Below, piece by piece: positions 30,201 through 41,439 of a stretch of DNA of 64,000 nt (within the stretch, counting starts at the first letter, position 1; each line of letters starts with the position of its first letter). The DNA comes from Raillietiella orientalis. Lineage: Eukaryota. The stretch is from assembly GCA_036172245.1 (NCBI GenBank), contig JAYWIR010000027.1, positions 1,860,001-1,924,000 of the forward strand. The letters are read 5' to 3'. The notes beneath the pieces are model-generated. The model was given only the letters and a program-made list of their open reading frames with translations, searched no databases and was not told where the DNA came from. The translations under genes and the position numbers were made by a program.

Positions 30201-32306
30201 ACCTGCACTATATGACCGTTGATCATGAACCTCACAAACACTAGCACTTTTCTTTCCATCACACTGATTTACAAGTGGTCCACAAACATTGATCAAATAA
30301 GTCACATTATCTGCTATCACTTTCCAATCTTTGCTGTTACGCAAAGGCTGTAAATCATAAGCATTCCCTAGCTCATCAATAAGCTGACAATTATTTTTCA
30401 TATCATCATGCTGAAGAAAAAACAACAGTAACATATTTAGCACATGAGTTCTACCTTTTGAGGACAAGCTGCTGAAGTATTCCACTCGAAGTAATACTCA
30501 CACTGATTGCTGGTGACACTGACAAGTGCAGGCTGACCAATATTATCTGCACACGTGAGCTTAACAGCTGAACGCCGAAACTTGTTACTAGATGGGCATA
30601 AAGATCCACCTATTATGAATTGAATACATGCATTACTGCCTACACTGAATGAAAAATACCAGAATAGTTTAGCAGCAAACTGTTGTCTTTCTGTAACATT
30701 GGTCCACTGTGTGAAATACCCAGACTCAACACTTTCTTGCTGCGCCAGTGCACCTGACAGATCCCAAATCCTACATCCTTCTGAGCTCCCTCGATATTCT
30801 TTTTAATAAAGGTCTAACCTTCACATTCTTTCCATGATGTGGCCCTCTCATTAAGAGGATGGCATACACTTAGGAAGAACAGTAAGTCTTCCTCATCATC
30901 TAATACAGCAAATCCCTCAGAAGCTTGCAATTCAGAAAGATCATAAGATTCATTGTTGCTGTTTCCTATTTGACAAGTAAGAAAAGATGGGCACACAAGT
31001 GGTGTGCGCATTTCAAACTGAAGTGCTTCCTTTGAAACTGAAACAAATGTGAGGTGTTTGGAGTTGTGTTCATCACAAATAAATTGGATTTCCGTTTGAT
31101 ACCCCACATCTAGTAGTACCTGATGAGTCAGTGTGTAGTCAAATCCTAAATTACCTGATCCATATGATAACAACAAGATTTCCTGCTCCCACCTTAGCTG
31201 CATCTTGTTCTTAGCTCCTAAACTTTTACCACTAGCATTTCTGTTCACTTGACAAACTGCAACCCCTGCATCATTACAGTGACCATCGAAAACTTCCCCA
31301 CAAATGTTCACTTCAAATGTTTGGTCATCATGAAGAACTTCATAGAAATCTGGTTTCCTTAGAGGTAGTATATTGACAGCATGGTTTGTATTCGGAAAGA
31401 GAATGGAACATTTTGATTCCTTTTCAACTACAGGGGAGTGTTTGGAAAGGCAACCAGCTAAAGATGCCCACACAAACTGGAAGACACATTTGCCAGCAGG
31501 AGGCAAAAGATGAGGACCAGAATTCTGGAACGAAAGAATTCAATCTATGTACAACTGCTAAGACAATAATCTCTGAAAGAATCAAACTAAAAGAACCATT
31601 TAGTATTCCAAGGCTAAATGGAAAAAAGAGTATAATCCTTTACCACTTCAGAACAGCTAATCTGTATTCTACTTTTGTAAGTTGTGTTCCTTCCCATAGC
31701 TATACATGGAGTACTGCTGTCTAGAAGGAGATGTATCCCCAAACCTTCAGTGTAAAACACTACAGACAAAAGAAAGTTTGTGTGGTAATCATATTTCTCA
31801 CTTAATCTTCAATGCGCAATCACAGCATTAAATTACACAGTTTCCTCTAAAAATTAACCAGACTCTATGCACATTCTTTACTCAAGCAAGTTTCTCAATA
31901 TGCATGTGTTTGAAAAACCTTTCATGGTCTGTCCTGCATTTTCAACATCTTGCACTTCTTTTCCATTTTCTACTTTTGTAACACATACATGAGCATCACT
32001 ACTACACACATTCCTTTTCGTTTGTAATGAATCCCCACATATACTTATGTAGTAGTTATTAATTTTATTGGAATCCTCAATTTTCGATGGTGTAGGGTCA
32101 TGCAGACTGTAAAATGATCATTGAAATCAGATACAAGAACAATGACCATCTTACAAGGCTAGGTTATATGATTCGTTGTGATTTCCAATAAGGCTATATA
32201 CGCAATTTCCCAGATGTGTCAGTTCAAATTCATCCAATTCTCTGGATAGCAACAGCAAAGTGAGAAATAACAAGGATTGGAATGCATAAGCAATATATCT
32301 AGGCAT
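18273..32306 (-). CDS. IGF2R: Cation-independent mannose-6-phosphate receptor / LERP-like type I membrane protein with 8 MRH (CIMR) repeats
   Basis: ATG at 32306 with signal peptide (MPRYIAYAFQSLLFLTLLLLS). Multi-exon repeats of the pattern C..YDL..L....Y.IN[VI]C....C...C..F.W.[TS]..C run to exon 27812-27730 (..LQLSVFG|gtaag). After a 9003-nt intron come exon 18726-18624 (VYPCMVILEWKTPLVCP..), exon 18540-18401 (TM GGVTFAVMALLACVLLTAIVC, tail ..YLDVRYTK) and exon 18353-18273 (VNTNDPNESTQLLCADHSSDEEMLNF*). Phases are consistent at these junctions; some internal exon boundaries were traced only approximately. Confidence 0.9.
24724..27705 (+). CDS. Toll-like receptor, protostome multiple-cysteine-cluster type, single coding exon (993 aa from first ATG)
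   Basis: Signal peptide, long LRR array (LxxLxLxxN), LRRCT (NPLVCDC), LRRNT (CPKLCSC), short LRR block, second LRRCT (NKWACDC), TM (IVNACIAFAAILMAVSGVLLVY), TIR domain (YDAFISYSHKD, CLHFRDWLPG, TYLKWGDPWFWERLRYALP). The ORF track starts at TTG 24709; the first ATG is 24724. Confidence 0.97.
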   Translation: MLENTRGRKTQAVLLLLLSSLHLFHASDFVSKCSQFVAKQDHCQCDPSLRYGGYEIACPSFVAPRLAITFVPEKVLQVQCHSFDRDHYLHLKHLRFDAAPVVNLKLCPLPSFSFERIFRGMGLGPTRKLTFNSFSKVALTINPAYFEGMRALSDLQMQHNNISVLHPLPLHNLTALYLSENELRVHESMFMHYKNLQILELGSNRIANLPRQTFEPLGRLRILNLQKNVLKSLHPQQFANQDQLESLDLHGNRIELLHEDTFSKAGRLRQLDLSHNRLLSLPEALFGNNRELEYVSLSFNRDMREFPEHLFDNNTELKELYISHCAIGNIRRGSFGSLRSLRNLSIASNRLKFIPTGSFGSLKELVHLDASENFVRNLGAIPISELENLRTLDLHGNLITIVTEQNFQPLRKLRSLDLSDNAIATIAQKTFVQNRDLSYVSMSGNLIQMNGAPLSTAPSSPFGACVNLEHLDLSRNNLTYISDDWKLLLKLRVLDLRTNAFRSLTGFDLNFLSEGLEVYLQDNKIETVDVEFLPKSDLKRSNRKQNYIHLNRNPLVCDCKMLSFVSYVHKQHLLRAKFTFDLDMTCSKPDSDSTIISIICVNVADLYCPIERQCPKLCSCKLRATDGAIVVDCRSQNLTAIPSTMPLNTSVLMLHNNSIETLENLEMYSNLRELNLSGNKVKALEVTSWPKSLRVLDLQSNEFEALEQGTSKSLIHFLRNPSSVLLLGGNKWACDCRVFALRNLGHAYYASILDLANVTCENHTAVMEMQIDSMCNATATSKIVNACIAFAAILMAVSGVLLVYSRHSDTIKVWLHAHRMLCWSAASAEKELDRDKRYDAFISYSHKDEEFVLRELVQKLENQEPKYSLCLHFRDWLPGEWIPTQIACSVQSSRRTIIVLSKNFMASIWGHMEFRLAHKQALQDRHNGVIVIVYGELPPFEKIDASLRMYLRTNTYLKWGDPWFWERLRYALPHKGRSGNKGKQRASATDGSS

Positions 32307-34484
32307 TGTTTTCTACACAGAATTAAGCTTCATTTTCACATATAGCCGTACTCACAAGTTACTCCTGGAAAGTCAAAAAATGTTTTCAGTGACCTAGGAA
32401 ATAAATGGCAAGCCTCCGACAAACAACTACCCAAAAACATCACACAAACGTGACTGTTAGCGAATTGCAATTTCCAAGTAACGAAACTTTATTCCTTTTT
32501 AATGTTTTGTTGAATTCATGGCAGAACTCTTTTGGCAATCTGAAAATTTCTTTTGCCTTAGTTGCCTATGGAGATTCGTCTCAAAATCCGGAGAAACGGC
32601 CCGAGCACAAAATCATTCGTTATCTCAATCACTTCCCACGGCGGGATCATTTGTGTAATGCGTGGCTTTATTAATTTGCAGGCTACGAACCGTCCTTGAA
32701 TCAACCGTTCTGTACAGGTACGTACACAGTGTACTTTGGGAGAGAGCACACCTGGGCTCGCGCGCTCGCATCTTGCAAAGGCAAAACCACCAACAGCCTC
32801 CTTGCCAGCGGACCTGCACGACGGCAGCCAGCAGTTGCTGCCGGCGTTCGCGGCTCCGATTTTCCGGGCTGCGCGCGCATGGCACGCCTGCGACTTCAAC
32901 TCATCCGCTTCAAAGCACCAAGGACTCTAGAAGGGTCCTGCGGCGAAAACAAGAAAAAGGCAGCCACATGCCATCACGTGGGGATTCAGTAACCGAGATC
33001 ACTTTTCAGAAAGGAAAAAATGGATTACTTCCATATTCTTATAGTTGGGTTTTGATGGTTTGTATCCTCCTCATTCATGACTGCCGAAACTATCATCGTC
33101 TCGCATCTTTCCAAACCTGCGAGTTTCCCAGTTTTCAAATTCACTTTCAAAATATCTTTTTTCCTTCACTTTGTCAGCACTTTACAAAACAGTGAACAAA
33201 CAAAAATTCGCCATGTTCGCCATTCTATTTAAAAAGATGAAAATTTGAAACAAATGACATCAAAAAAGCATTTTACCCGTTTCAACTGCCAATACCTTTG
33301 CTTAAGATTCGTTGGCTAAATTACAATGCTTGCCCGGTAATCAAACAAATATCTATCATTCCGGATCCACTCCAGACCAAAGAGAACAACTTTTATCATG
33401 GATTGTTCTGGAGATGCTGTTGGCGGAGCATGGTCATTCATTACAAAGACCGAAGAAAACGATTGGCGAGAGAGAATAACAGAAACTTGAACCCGCTTCA
33501 TACTTCATCAGGATCTCTGATAGAGTGTGATCATCACGAAACCGAAACTTGAACCCGCTTCTGAGATTTCTGTTTTTCTAAAAGTTGAAGTTGTCTCACT
33601 CCTCCTTGAAGCGCTGCTGACCGACACGTGCATTAATGACGGCAGGTCGCCAATCAGTCATTCATAACCGACGAAATGTCTGAAATCATGGAATCCTGAG
33701 CCATTGAAGAATTTACATTTGCGCCTGCTAGTTCACGGTCAACGAGCACACTTCCCTTTCAAGATCTGCATGTAGGCTTCCTTTCAAGTGTGCAACAACT
33801 AATGAAAGTTTCTTCTGTCCCCGAACGAACCACAGTGACCAGATGTCCCGTTTCTCTTCTGAATCTGTACACCCGGAACTTATCTTGCTTCAGGAAAGTT
33901 CTCTTCCAAAGTTCTTTCAGGAAAGTTCAGATCAGATACTGAAATTTTTGATAGCTTGAAGAAAAAAAAAGGCATTCTTGCGGCCGAGGTGCTAGTCTGT
34001 TGGAAGGAAACTCATCAGAGAAAGAATTCCTGTCCCTATTTGAAGCTTGTATTTCTTGGACTTTCCTAGCGTGACCATATGGACAATGGGTGCTGTGATT
34101 CCTTTAAGTACCATCTCATTCCTCTCTCGTTGCACTTACTAGCATATTCTTCGAGTATGCCTTGGTAGTTCCGTTCGTTATTACTGCTCGTGAGTTGTGG
34201 AGGAAGTGAAGGAATGGAAAGTGCCCCTGGTGACACAGAAGATTTTATCCACAATTGCCCCCAGGGCGACTTGTGGAGGGGTGAATTTATTTAATGACTT
34301 TCAAAAATACGATGCACGCAATCCGTTTCGCAAACACTTTTTCGAGTGTAGCTGCACACAAAACTTCAAGTCACAAAGTACAATTTCTTTGTTCACTTGG
34401 GAAACTGCTCCCCTTTTGGGAGACGGGTCACCAGGGTCTGGTCGGCAGTACACTCACTTGGAACACATCCGCCACCTTCTTCAT

Positions 34485-34667
34485 GATGTAGCAGTGAGTC
34501 CAGGAGGGTACTCTGGAGCAGCTCCTGATCCCAATCTCCCTCTTAATGACTCCTTGGATGATATTCACGGCAGACACTATCGCTCCGGTATTCCGCACTT
34601 TTGTCCTTATCGCGATGCTCGTGATGAAGAGCGTGATGGTAATACAGACCATGAGACTGTATCGGGA
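34485..34667. repeat. Copy 1 of an unidentified diverged, coding-like duplication (copy 2 at about 38003-38188)
   Basis: Manual alignment gives about 110/183 identical nt with one 3-nt indel; core cctgat[c/a]ccaatctccct is shared. Confidence 0.7.
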
Positions 34668-34806
34668 GCGTTCCCATTCTCTTCCAACATTCCCATCCCG
34701 GTCCTGCAACGGAGAGCGGACCCCCACACTAGAGGGTCCCCTCCGGTTCGTTCAAGATGGATCAGGTGCCTTCACAGACACCTCACCAGTTGTTAAAGGA
34801 GCGGAC

Positions 34807-34958
34807 CTCCAATCAGTTGCGATTCCAATTGTTTTTGCGAAATGTTTGTTAATGTCAGCCGTCTAAACAAGAAACTTCGTTAATTCAAATATAAACATGC
34901 AATACACGATAAAATTAAACCCGCTTTCAGCTCTTCCAAACTAAATCCTCTATCGGGG
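34807..34958 (-). pseudogene. RPL13: Inverted partial copy of RPL13 (end of exon 1, intron 1, start of exon 2)
   Basis: Reverse complement reads cccc gatagaggatttagtttggaagagctgaaa|gcgggtttaattttatcgtgtat...acgaagtttcttgtttag|acggctgacattaacaaacatttcgcaaaaacaattggaatc, matching 37057-37201. The donor is changed GT>GC and the intron is 7 nt longer. Confidence 0.93.
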
Positions 34959-36844
34959 TGGATCTTCGCTTTCTCCTGCAGGCTGCTCACCGCCTTGGGC
35001 GTCGTCCAATCCTGACACAGCGTTGGTCAGGTGAAAATGTGGAGCTGGATTTCCCCATTTCCACAGGCCTTGCAGAGCTCGTCTTGGCTGCTTCCTGTCC
35101 GGTGCTTCACTCGGGTGGTACTTGGGATGCCTCTGTGGTGGTAGTATATCAGGTGGTCGTCCTGAGTGTCCGGTGCTAGGTCGCTCCTCCACATAGTCGT
35201 ACCAACAGCTGACAGGTTCCGTGTCTCAGGATGCCGTAGCAGTTGGTGGCCTTCGTTGGTGGCTCCCTTCATTCACTCCCAGATGTTGGATCTGCGACCA
35301 ATCCTCGCGGATCAGGCGCCACGCATTGGTCGCTTGGTGCTTCCAATGCCGGCAGGTCCTGTGGCTGAATCTTCCTATTTCCGTGATGCAGGAGTAGACC
35401 CCCCTTTGGGAGGGGGACCCTCCGTGTCGTGCCATGGAGTAGGTGTGTTGCCATCTCGCCAGAGAGTGCAGAGAAGCTTGCCGCTCCCTTCAGGGAACGC
35501 CTCATCTGAATTTCTGATTGTCCCTTCGGGGTTCTCTTCAGAGGAGTTAACAGGAGCGGTTCCTTTGAAAGTTGCCTCCGGAGTTGTCACCCGATCACGC
35601 CGGGGCGTTTATTGATAACAATAAACTTATCACTTTCGTGGTACGAGGTCCCACTATGACTAGCTCAACAATGGATCTGCCGGTCGCCAGTAGGCAGGTC
35701 GTCGGGCTCACCTCAGCAGCAGAGGGAGATGGAGAAAACACAAATGAAAAAGAGCAAAAGAATAGATAAAAATAAACCAAAACACTTGGGAGGGGTGGGA
35801 AGGGATCACTGCCCGCTCGGAGGAGTCTTCATCCGTTCCAAGATGCCAGAAAGATCCGTCCGAATAATCCCCAGGTGGGACCATCTGGCCGCTATCCGCA
35901 GGAAGCGAACTGCGATACAAAGTGACTTTTTGCTAGAAGGTAACTTAAGTAATTTGAGCTCTCCGAAAAGACGTGATTCGAATGAAGACATTAACATGAA
36001 AACATGTGTAACATTTTTTTTTCCAGGAGTTCTAAGGTTGTTAAGACAATAATAATCCAATTAGGGTATGGAAAGATCATTTCGGTTTCTAGGGAAAATA
36101 TAGGTACATTAACCGATTTTCAGATTACAGTGTCTCCGAAATTTCCATATGCAAATGGGTTCCACAGCCTCAGTCTTTTTATTTTTTTAAATTTGTCATA
36201 ATCTTATTCTTGTAGTTATAGAAATGAGTTTCTCAGAGCTTTTTAATACAAATTGTTGCACAGAAAATAATTTCATGATTTCATTAAGAAGCATTGTGAG
36301 CATTATTAAACCATTATTGCAGTAATAAACATTATAAAGTATCTCATAAAGCATAATTTTGAGTGCTTTTTGAATAATTGAGTAGAATAAATGAATGTTC
36401 GGAACTCTCTTTCGAACTACAACGAACTTTCATAAGGTAGACATTTATAACTTGAAAATTAGATCTATTTTCTAGAATTGACAAAAAAAAATTTTTTCAA
36501 TCGGGAATGTTGTATTCTTCATTATCTGGTTAAAATCAAAATCATCAGTTAAGAATCGTGATTGTGTTTTATTGGATTGCTCCTTCATTCCCGAAAAATT
36601 CATACCTTTGCAGAATTGTGTTGGCATCCCTTATGCCTTTACTTCCGTTACGGAAAGACTGATGCATCATGTAAGTTGTACCTTGAAGGATGTTTGAAAT
36701 CGTGTGATATTTGGAAATAGGAGACAGATTTTGGAACGTATGTAGCCCGTACCTGTGTACACGGATCAAGTTTTTTATGATGAATTAATTTTAGGTAGCT
36801 TAGCTGTTTGAAACTTTGGTGAATTTTGAGGGAAAGGCTTGAAA

Positions 36845-37661
36845 ATGGCACCGAAACGAAATAATATGATTCCTAACGCTCATTTCCACAAAGACTGGAA
36901 AAAAAGAGTGAAAACATGGTTCAATCAACCCGCTCGTAAGCAAAGACGGAGGCTAAAGAGGCTCAAAAAAGCCAAAAGGTTGGCACCGAGACCTGCAGCT
37001 GGTTTGTTGAGGCCTATCGTTCACTGCCCAACTGCAAGATACAACGCGAAAGTTCGCCCCGGTAGAGGATTTAGTTTGGAAGAGCTGAAGGTGGGTTTAA
37101 TTTTATCGTGTATCGACGACGTTATTAACGAAGTTTCCTGTTTAGACGGCTGGCATTAACAAACATTTTGCAAGAACAATTGGAATCTCTGTTGATTGGA
37201 GAAGAAAGAATCGTTCGGTTGAGTCTTTACAGGTTAATGCTCAACGTTTGAAAGAATACAGGTCACGTCTTATACTTTTCCCCCTGAAAAAGAAAATTAG
37301 GAAAGGTGATGCAACAGTAAGTTGATAATTTGTTCTAGATAGTGTAAGGTATATTTGTGTGTGATTAGCTTGAAGAGCAAAAAATGGCCCAACAGTTAGT
37401 GGGGCCAATCATGCCTATTAGACAGCGCTACAAGAAGGAAAAAGCAAGGGTCATTACTGATAAAGATAGAAAGTACTCTGCTTTCATAGCTCAGAGACAG
37501 GTAATGGAATTGGATTTTGTACTGGTCTCACTGTTCATATGTAGGCACGTGCTAATAAACGCTTATTTGGTTATCGACAAAAAAGGGCCAAGGAATCCAC
37601 AGAAAATCCGGACACTACCAAGGCTTCAAAAAAAGACAAAGCTGCCAAGAAAAAGAAATAA
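36845..37661 (+). CDS. RPL13: 60S ribosomal protein L13 (eL13), 221 aa
   Basis: Exons 36845-37090, 37146-37316, 37369-37500 and 37545-37661 splice in frame: [32 protein letters not shown]...[39 protein letters not shown]...[17 protein letters not shown]. Introns are 55, 52 and 44 nt. Confidence 0.97.
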
Positions 37662-38002
37662 AAGCAACAGTCTAAAAATGGAACCCTTTTGAATTCTTGT
37701 TCATTTGTTCTTTTTTCTCATGCATTACATGTGATATTGGTTTCCAGATGGTCCAATTATTGGATAGGGTATTGAATTGGTCTTCACTAGATGTCCGTTT
37801 TAGATTTGAGTTTTCCCAGTCCCATGAGGGATGGGGTAAGTTTATTTATCTTCATTCACAGTACAAAACACATTCACTCAAGATGGGGCACAGATTAACT
37901 GTTTCCTTAAGTTCACTTCCTTTGGGGGACTGCACTTGGGTCTATGCACTTGGAGGACCTGTGTGTTGGGTGTGTCTGGATGGTATCCTCACTTCTTTTC
38001 AG

Positions 38003-38188
38003 GATGTGGTGGTACATCCAGGACTACACTCTTCCACAATTCCTGATACCAATCTCCCTTTGGATAATCTTTTTCAGGATTTCTAGGGAAGATATGGCTA
38101 TCCTGGCTTTCCTCATCTTCCACCATTATATAAGGATGACAGTGACGAATAGGGTGATGGTTGTCTTGACCATTCGGTTGTATCAGGA
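38003..38188. repeat. Copy 2 of the unidentified duplication; contains stops in both in-register frames
   Basis: Aligns to 34485-34667 in direct orientation; minus-frame REIGIRNCGRV vs REIGIRSCSRV. Confidence 0.7.
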
Positions 38189-41100
38189 CACGTTTGCAGT
38201 TCCCTGGAACATTCTGACGAGGGAACATTCAACATCTTCGTGTTGTTTGGCAGCTCATTTTAGATTTGAATTCAGTACATGCTGAACAGAGCAGATGCTT
38301 GGAATCTCTCAGAATGTGGTTTTTGGCTTGTATGTGTGGGTATACCTTGGATCAGGAAACAGTTTGTTTACTGTTTGGAGGTGTACTAAATGAAAGTTGT
38401 CACTGATCATCTTAACCTTGAGTAAGGCTGGGTCAGAGTGCTTGTCCAGATATCAGTATGTGAGTGATGATGGTCAGTATTATAGTTGATAATGATGTAT
38501 GCTTGTAACTACTAAGTTTATCCCAGTGGGAGGATGGGTTTTAGAATGTGCAAGGACATGCACAAATGTAATTTGTAAACACAAAGTATCAAGTATGCTC
38601 ACTGTCCATCCATGAGATTTGCTTGGGAAAGTGGATGATGCCCCATTTGCCATGAGGTGGTGAGGTGGACGATTCTGTCTTGTCTTAGTTTTGTACAGGG
38701 AAATTTGGTTAACACTTCTTTCATTGCATATCAATTGCATGGACTACGCACATGCAAGCCATGGCTTTGATTGTTGATTTGATTGGTTGGTAGTTCCAAT
38801 TTTTTTTCAACCACAGAGTGAATCATAAGGGTATCTGCCTGGCAAGTTAAAACTTGTACCAATTTCAGTCTGTTTCATGCCCCACAGTGGTTTTTATTTC
38901 AGTGACCAATAGTGGTGCAGCATACAGATGGAATGCCATTTCCCAACACATGCAGTAAGTGTTGCTGTTATTCATGTGTCATGAGATGTGCTGGTCTGTA
39001 ATGGGAGCATTCATCACTTGCTGTAGAATGTTTGAGGTTTCTGGCACCCAGTAAAGGGCATCAAAATAGAATGGGTGGTTTCACAAGCATAAGTAGAGAA
39101 ACTACCAGCCCAGTTGAGCTCACTATTCATCTTTAAGCGATGAGCCGAACATAGGAAGCCTTGGAGATCTAATCTATTCGTTACGCAAAATCCTATTGAT
39201 ATGCTAGATCCTGTTGGCCACAGTGCGTCTTTTCTCCCCAGTTTGCCCCTGTTCAAGTAGCTTGTAGCACCTGAAATTGTGAGGGAAACAGCTTTTTATG
39301 GAATCTGCGCTGTCAACAGCAAGGAACTTAAAACGGAAACTTCGGCCATGTTACTTCAGCGTCTCAAGTTTATTCCCTGGGTTTGTTACGTGCCGAATTT
39401 CATGAACCTGCTCCCGAGACGTGTACCGAGCAAACATCCGTGCCGTTGTCCACGCAGTCAGATGACGGAAGGCGACGGATGCATCCCAAATCCTCACATC
39501 TGAAATGACCGTAAATCGGTCCGTGAAAGTTCAAACGGATGCTGTCGATGAAATGCCATCCTAAGGACCGACGTTATCCTCCTTGCAGCCAGACTGCAAG
39601 TGGTCCCTCGCCCAAGGGCTGCTGCTGCTGGGTCTTAATCCTGCTCATCCCACCCATCCAACCTTATGGCACCATCCACGGCATCGCCATTTTCCGCGTG
39701 CAGCTGGATCTGCGCGGCGAGCATATATCGTGACTTGAGCTTCTCCGTTTGCCGGAGAAATGACTTTTTCTGCATATGAGAAAAGGTGTATTATTGTTTG
39801 CAAGGGAGAGATGACCCCTCCGCTGCCGATGTGTAACTTTCTATCGAATTCCTATGAATCGGCATATGGTACGGTCCACCTGCAGCATGCGTCCGTATGC
39901 TGTCCCCCGAGGTTTGCAGAACGAACATTAAATTCTAGAACCAACCGACTCAACCCATTTGACATCCATGCAGTTGTTCCACAGAAATGCCTAAAGGTGA
40001 GTGAGTAAGAAACTCGAAGCGCAGTTGTTCCAGAACGAGCAATGGGTCTTGACCGGTGGCTGCTGTCTGGACCAGGTAGAAACAAACGCACCAGGCGCAC
40101 GATGAGCAATTCGTGAGACCGCCAACGATTCGCTGCGAAAAAGGACCATCCCCCCCCCCCCCTTCTGGCGTTCGAGTCCTCGGGGTTGCGAACTCACGCG
40201 CCAGCAACTCAAGGAGGCGCGAAGGCGGCGGCGAGAGCGAGCGAACGATGCGCGCACCATCCACTTGGGAAGCCGACCGTCGTCGCATCCCATTCGGGAA
40301 GGCTCCTCAGCACATCCCCGCCACCTTGCGAGGAGTCGATTCGTTTCGGATGGTGATAAACTCGGATGCGCTTCCGAAGTGCACAATGCCACATGGGGAG
40401 GAGGGGGAGCATCTCCTGGTAGAGGAACGCGCCCTTTTCGGGGAACTTCGCGTCAGACATACACGAACTTTCACGTGTTCCGTCCTCTTCCAACAAAAGT
40501 GAAATTTCCGGCTCAAATCTCGTTAGCAAGTCCTGAAGCACCGAATAAGGGTCAGTTCTCGCGGCTTTCCTGAAATCCCATGAACGGGTGAGGATAGACA
40601 TTCCCCAGATAGCGGAAACCACACTGCTGGCATAAGGGGGGGAAGAAGAGGATGAGATCATGCTGCAAGTAGAGAAACGTAGAGAGAGGAAAGGGCACAG
40701 TCCATTGGGGGAGGGGGCATCTTCGTCGAGACTACCACGAGCTACCGCCCGTAGGCTCCCTTGACGTGTTTCCTGCTCCCCTTCCCCCCATCCAGTAAGA
40801 CTGCCCAATTTTCCGTGCTACGCCCTCATTCCCTCGTCCGTCCACGCAACGAAGCGGGCCCCTCTAGGTCCAGGAAGGCGCCTCCGGCGCTGCCACCGCC
40901 TCAGGATCCTTCTCCTCATCGGGTCTGCTTCCCTGAATCGGGCGTCGCTAGCGACGAGCGAGCTCGCGCATGCTCACCTGAACGCTTCCTCGGCAACGCC
41001 CAAGCAAAAAGAGAGGAAAAGAAAGGAAAGCGCGCGCGCTGCAAAGCCTTCAGGGGTCACGACCGCGGCCCTTCCCTTTCTCCCCTCCTCTCCCTTGGAG

Positions 41101-41439
41101 AGCGCGAATCGCCTCTTTCCTTGCCGCTGCAGACGGAGTGAGCTCCGGAACGGGTCCGGGAGAGCTTCCTCCGCCGCAGCAGCTCGCCTCTGCCTCCATG
41201 CGCAACGAGCAGAACGCGTACCTCCTGAGGTTCTGGATAGACGGGAGAAGAGAACACGGGAAGCCGGCATGGGAAGAGACGCTGCACAAGGAGTTTCGGT
41301 GACGGAACCGTCTTTCCTGTATTCTCGTTTCCTTGCAGTTTCATCCTTCTTCTCGTCCCCCTTTCCGGGCCAGAGGTTCTTGGTGCCAAAGGTGCGTCGG
41401 AGGGAAAGGAAGCGGTCCAACCGGGAGGATTTCCGCGGA

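Noticed and set aside
33482..33561. 18-bp direct repeat gaaacttgaacccgcttc
   Set aside because: Only two copies in a eukaryotic context; not a CRISPR array or a recognisable element terminus.
39590..40080. Exon-like fragments on both strands
   Set aside because: Conflicting strand signals and no recognisable product; left unannotated.
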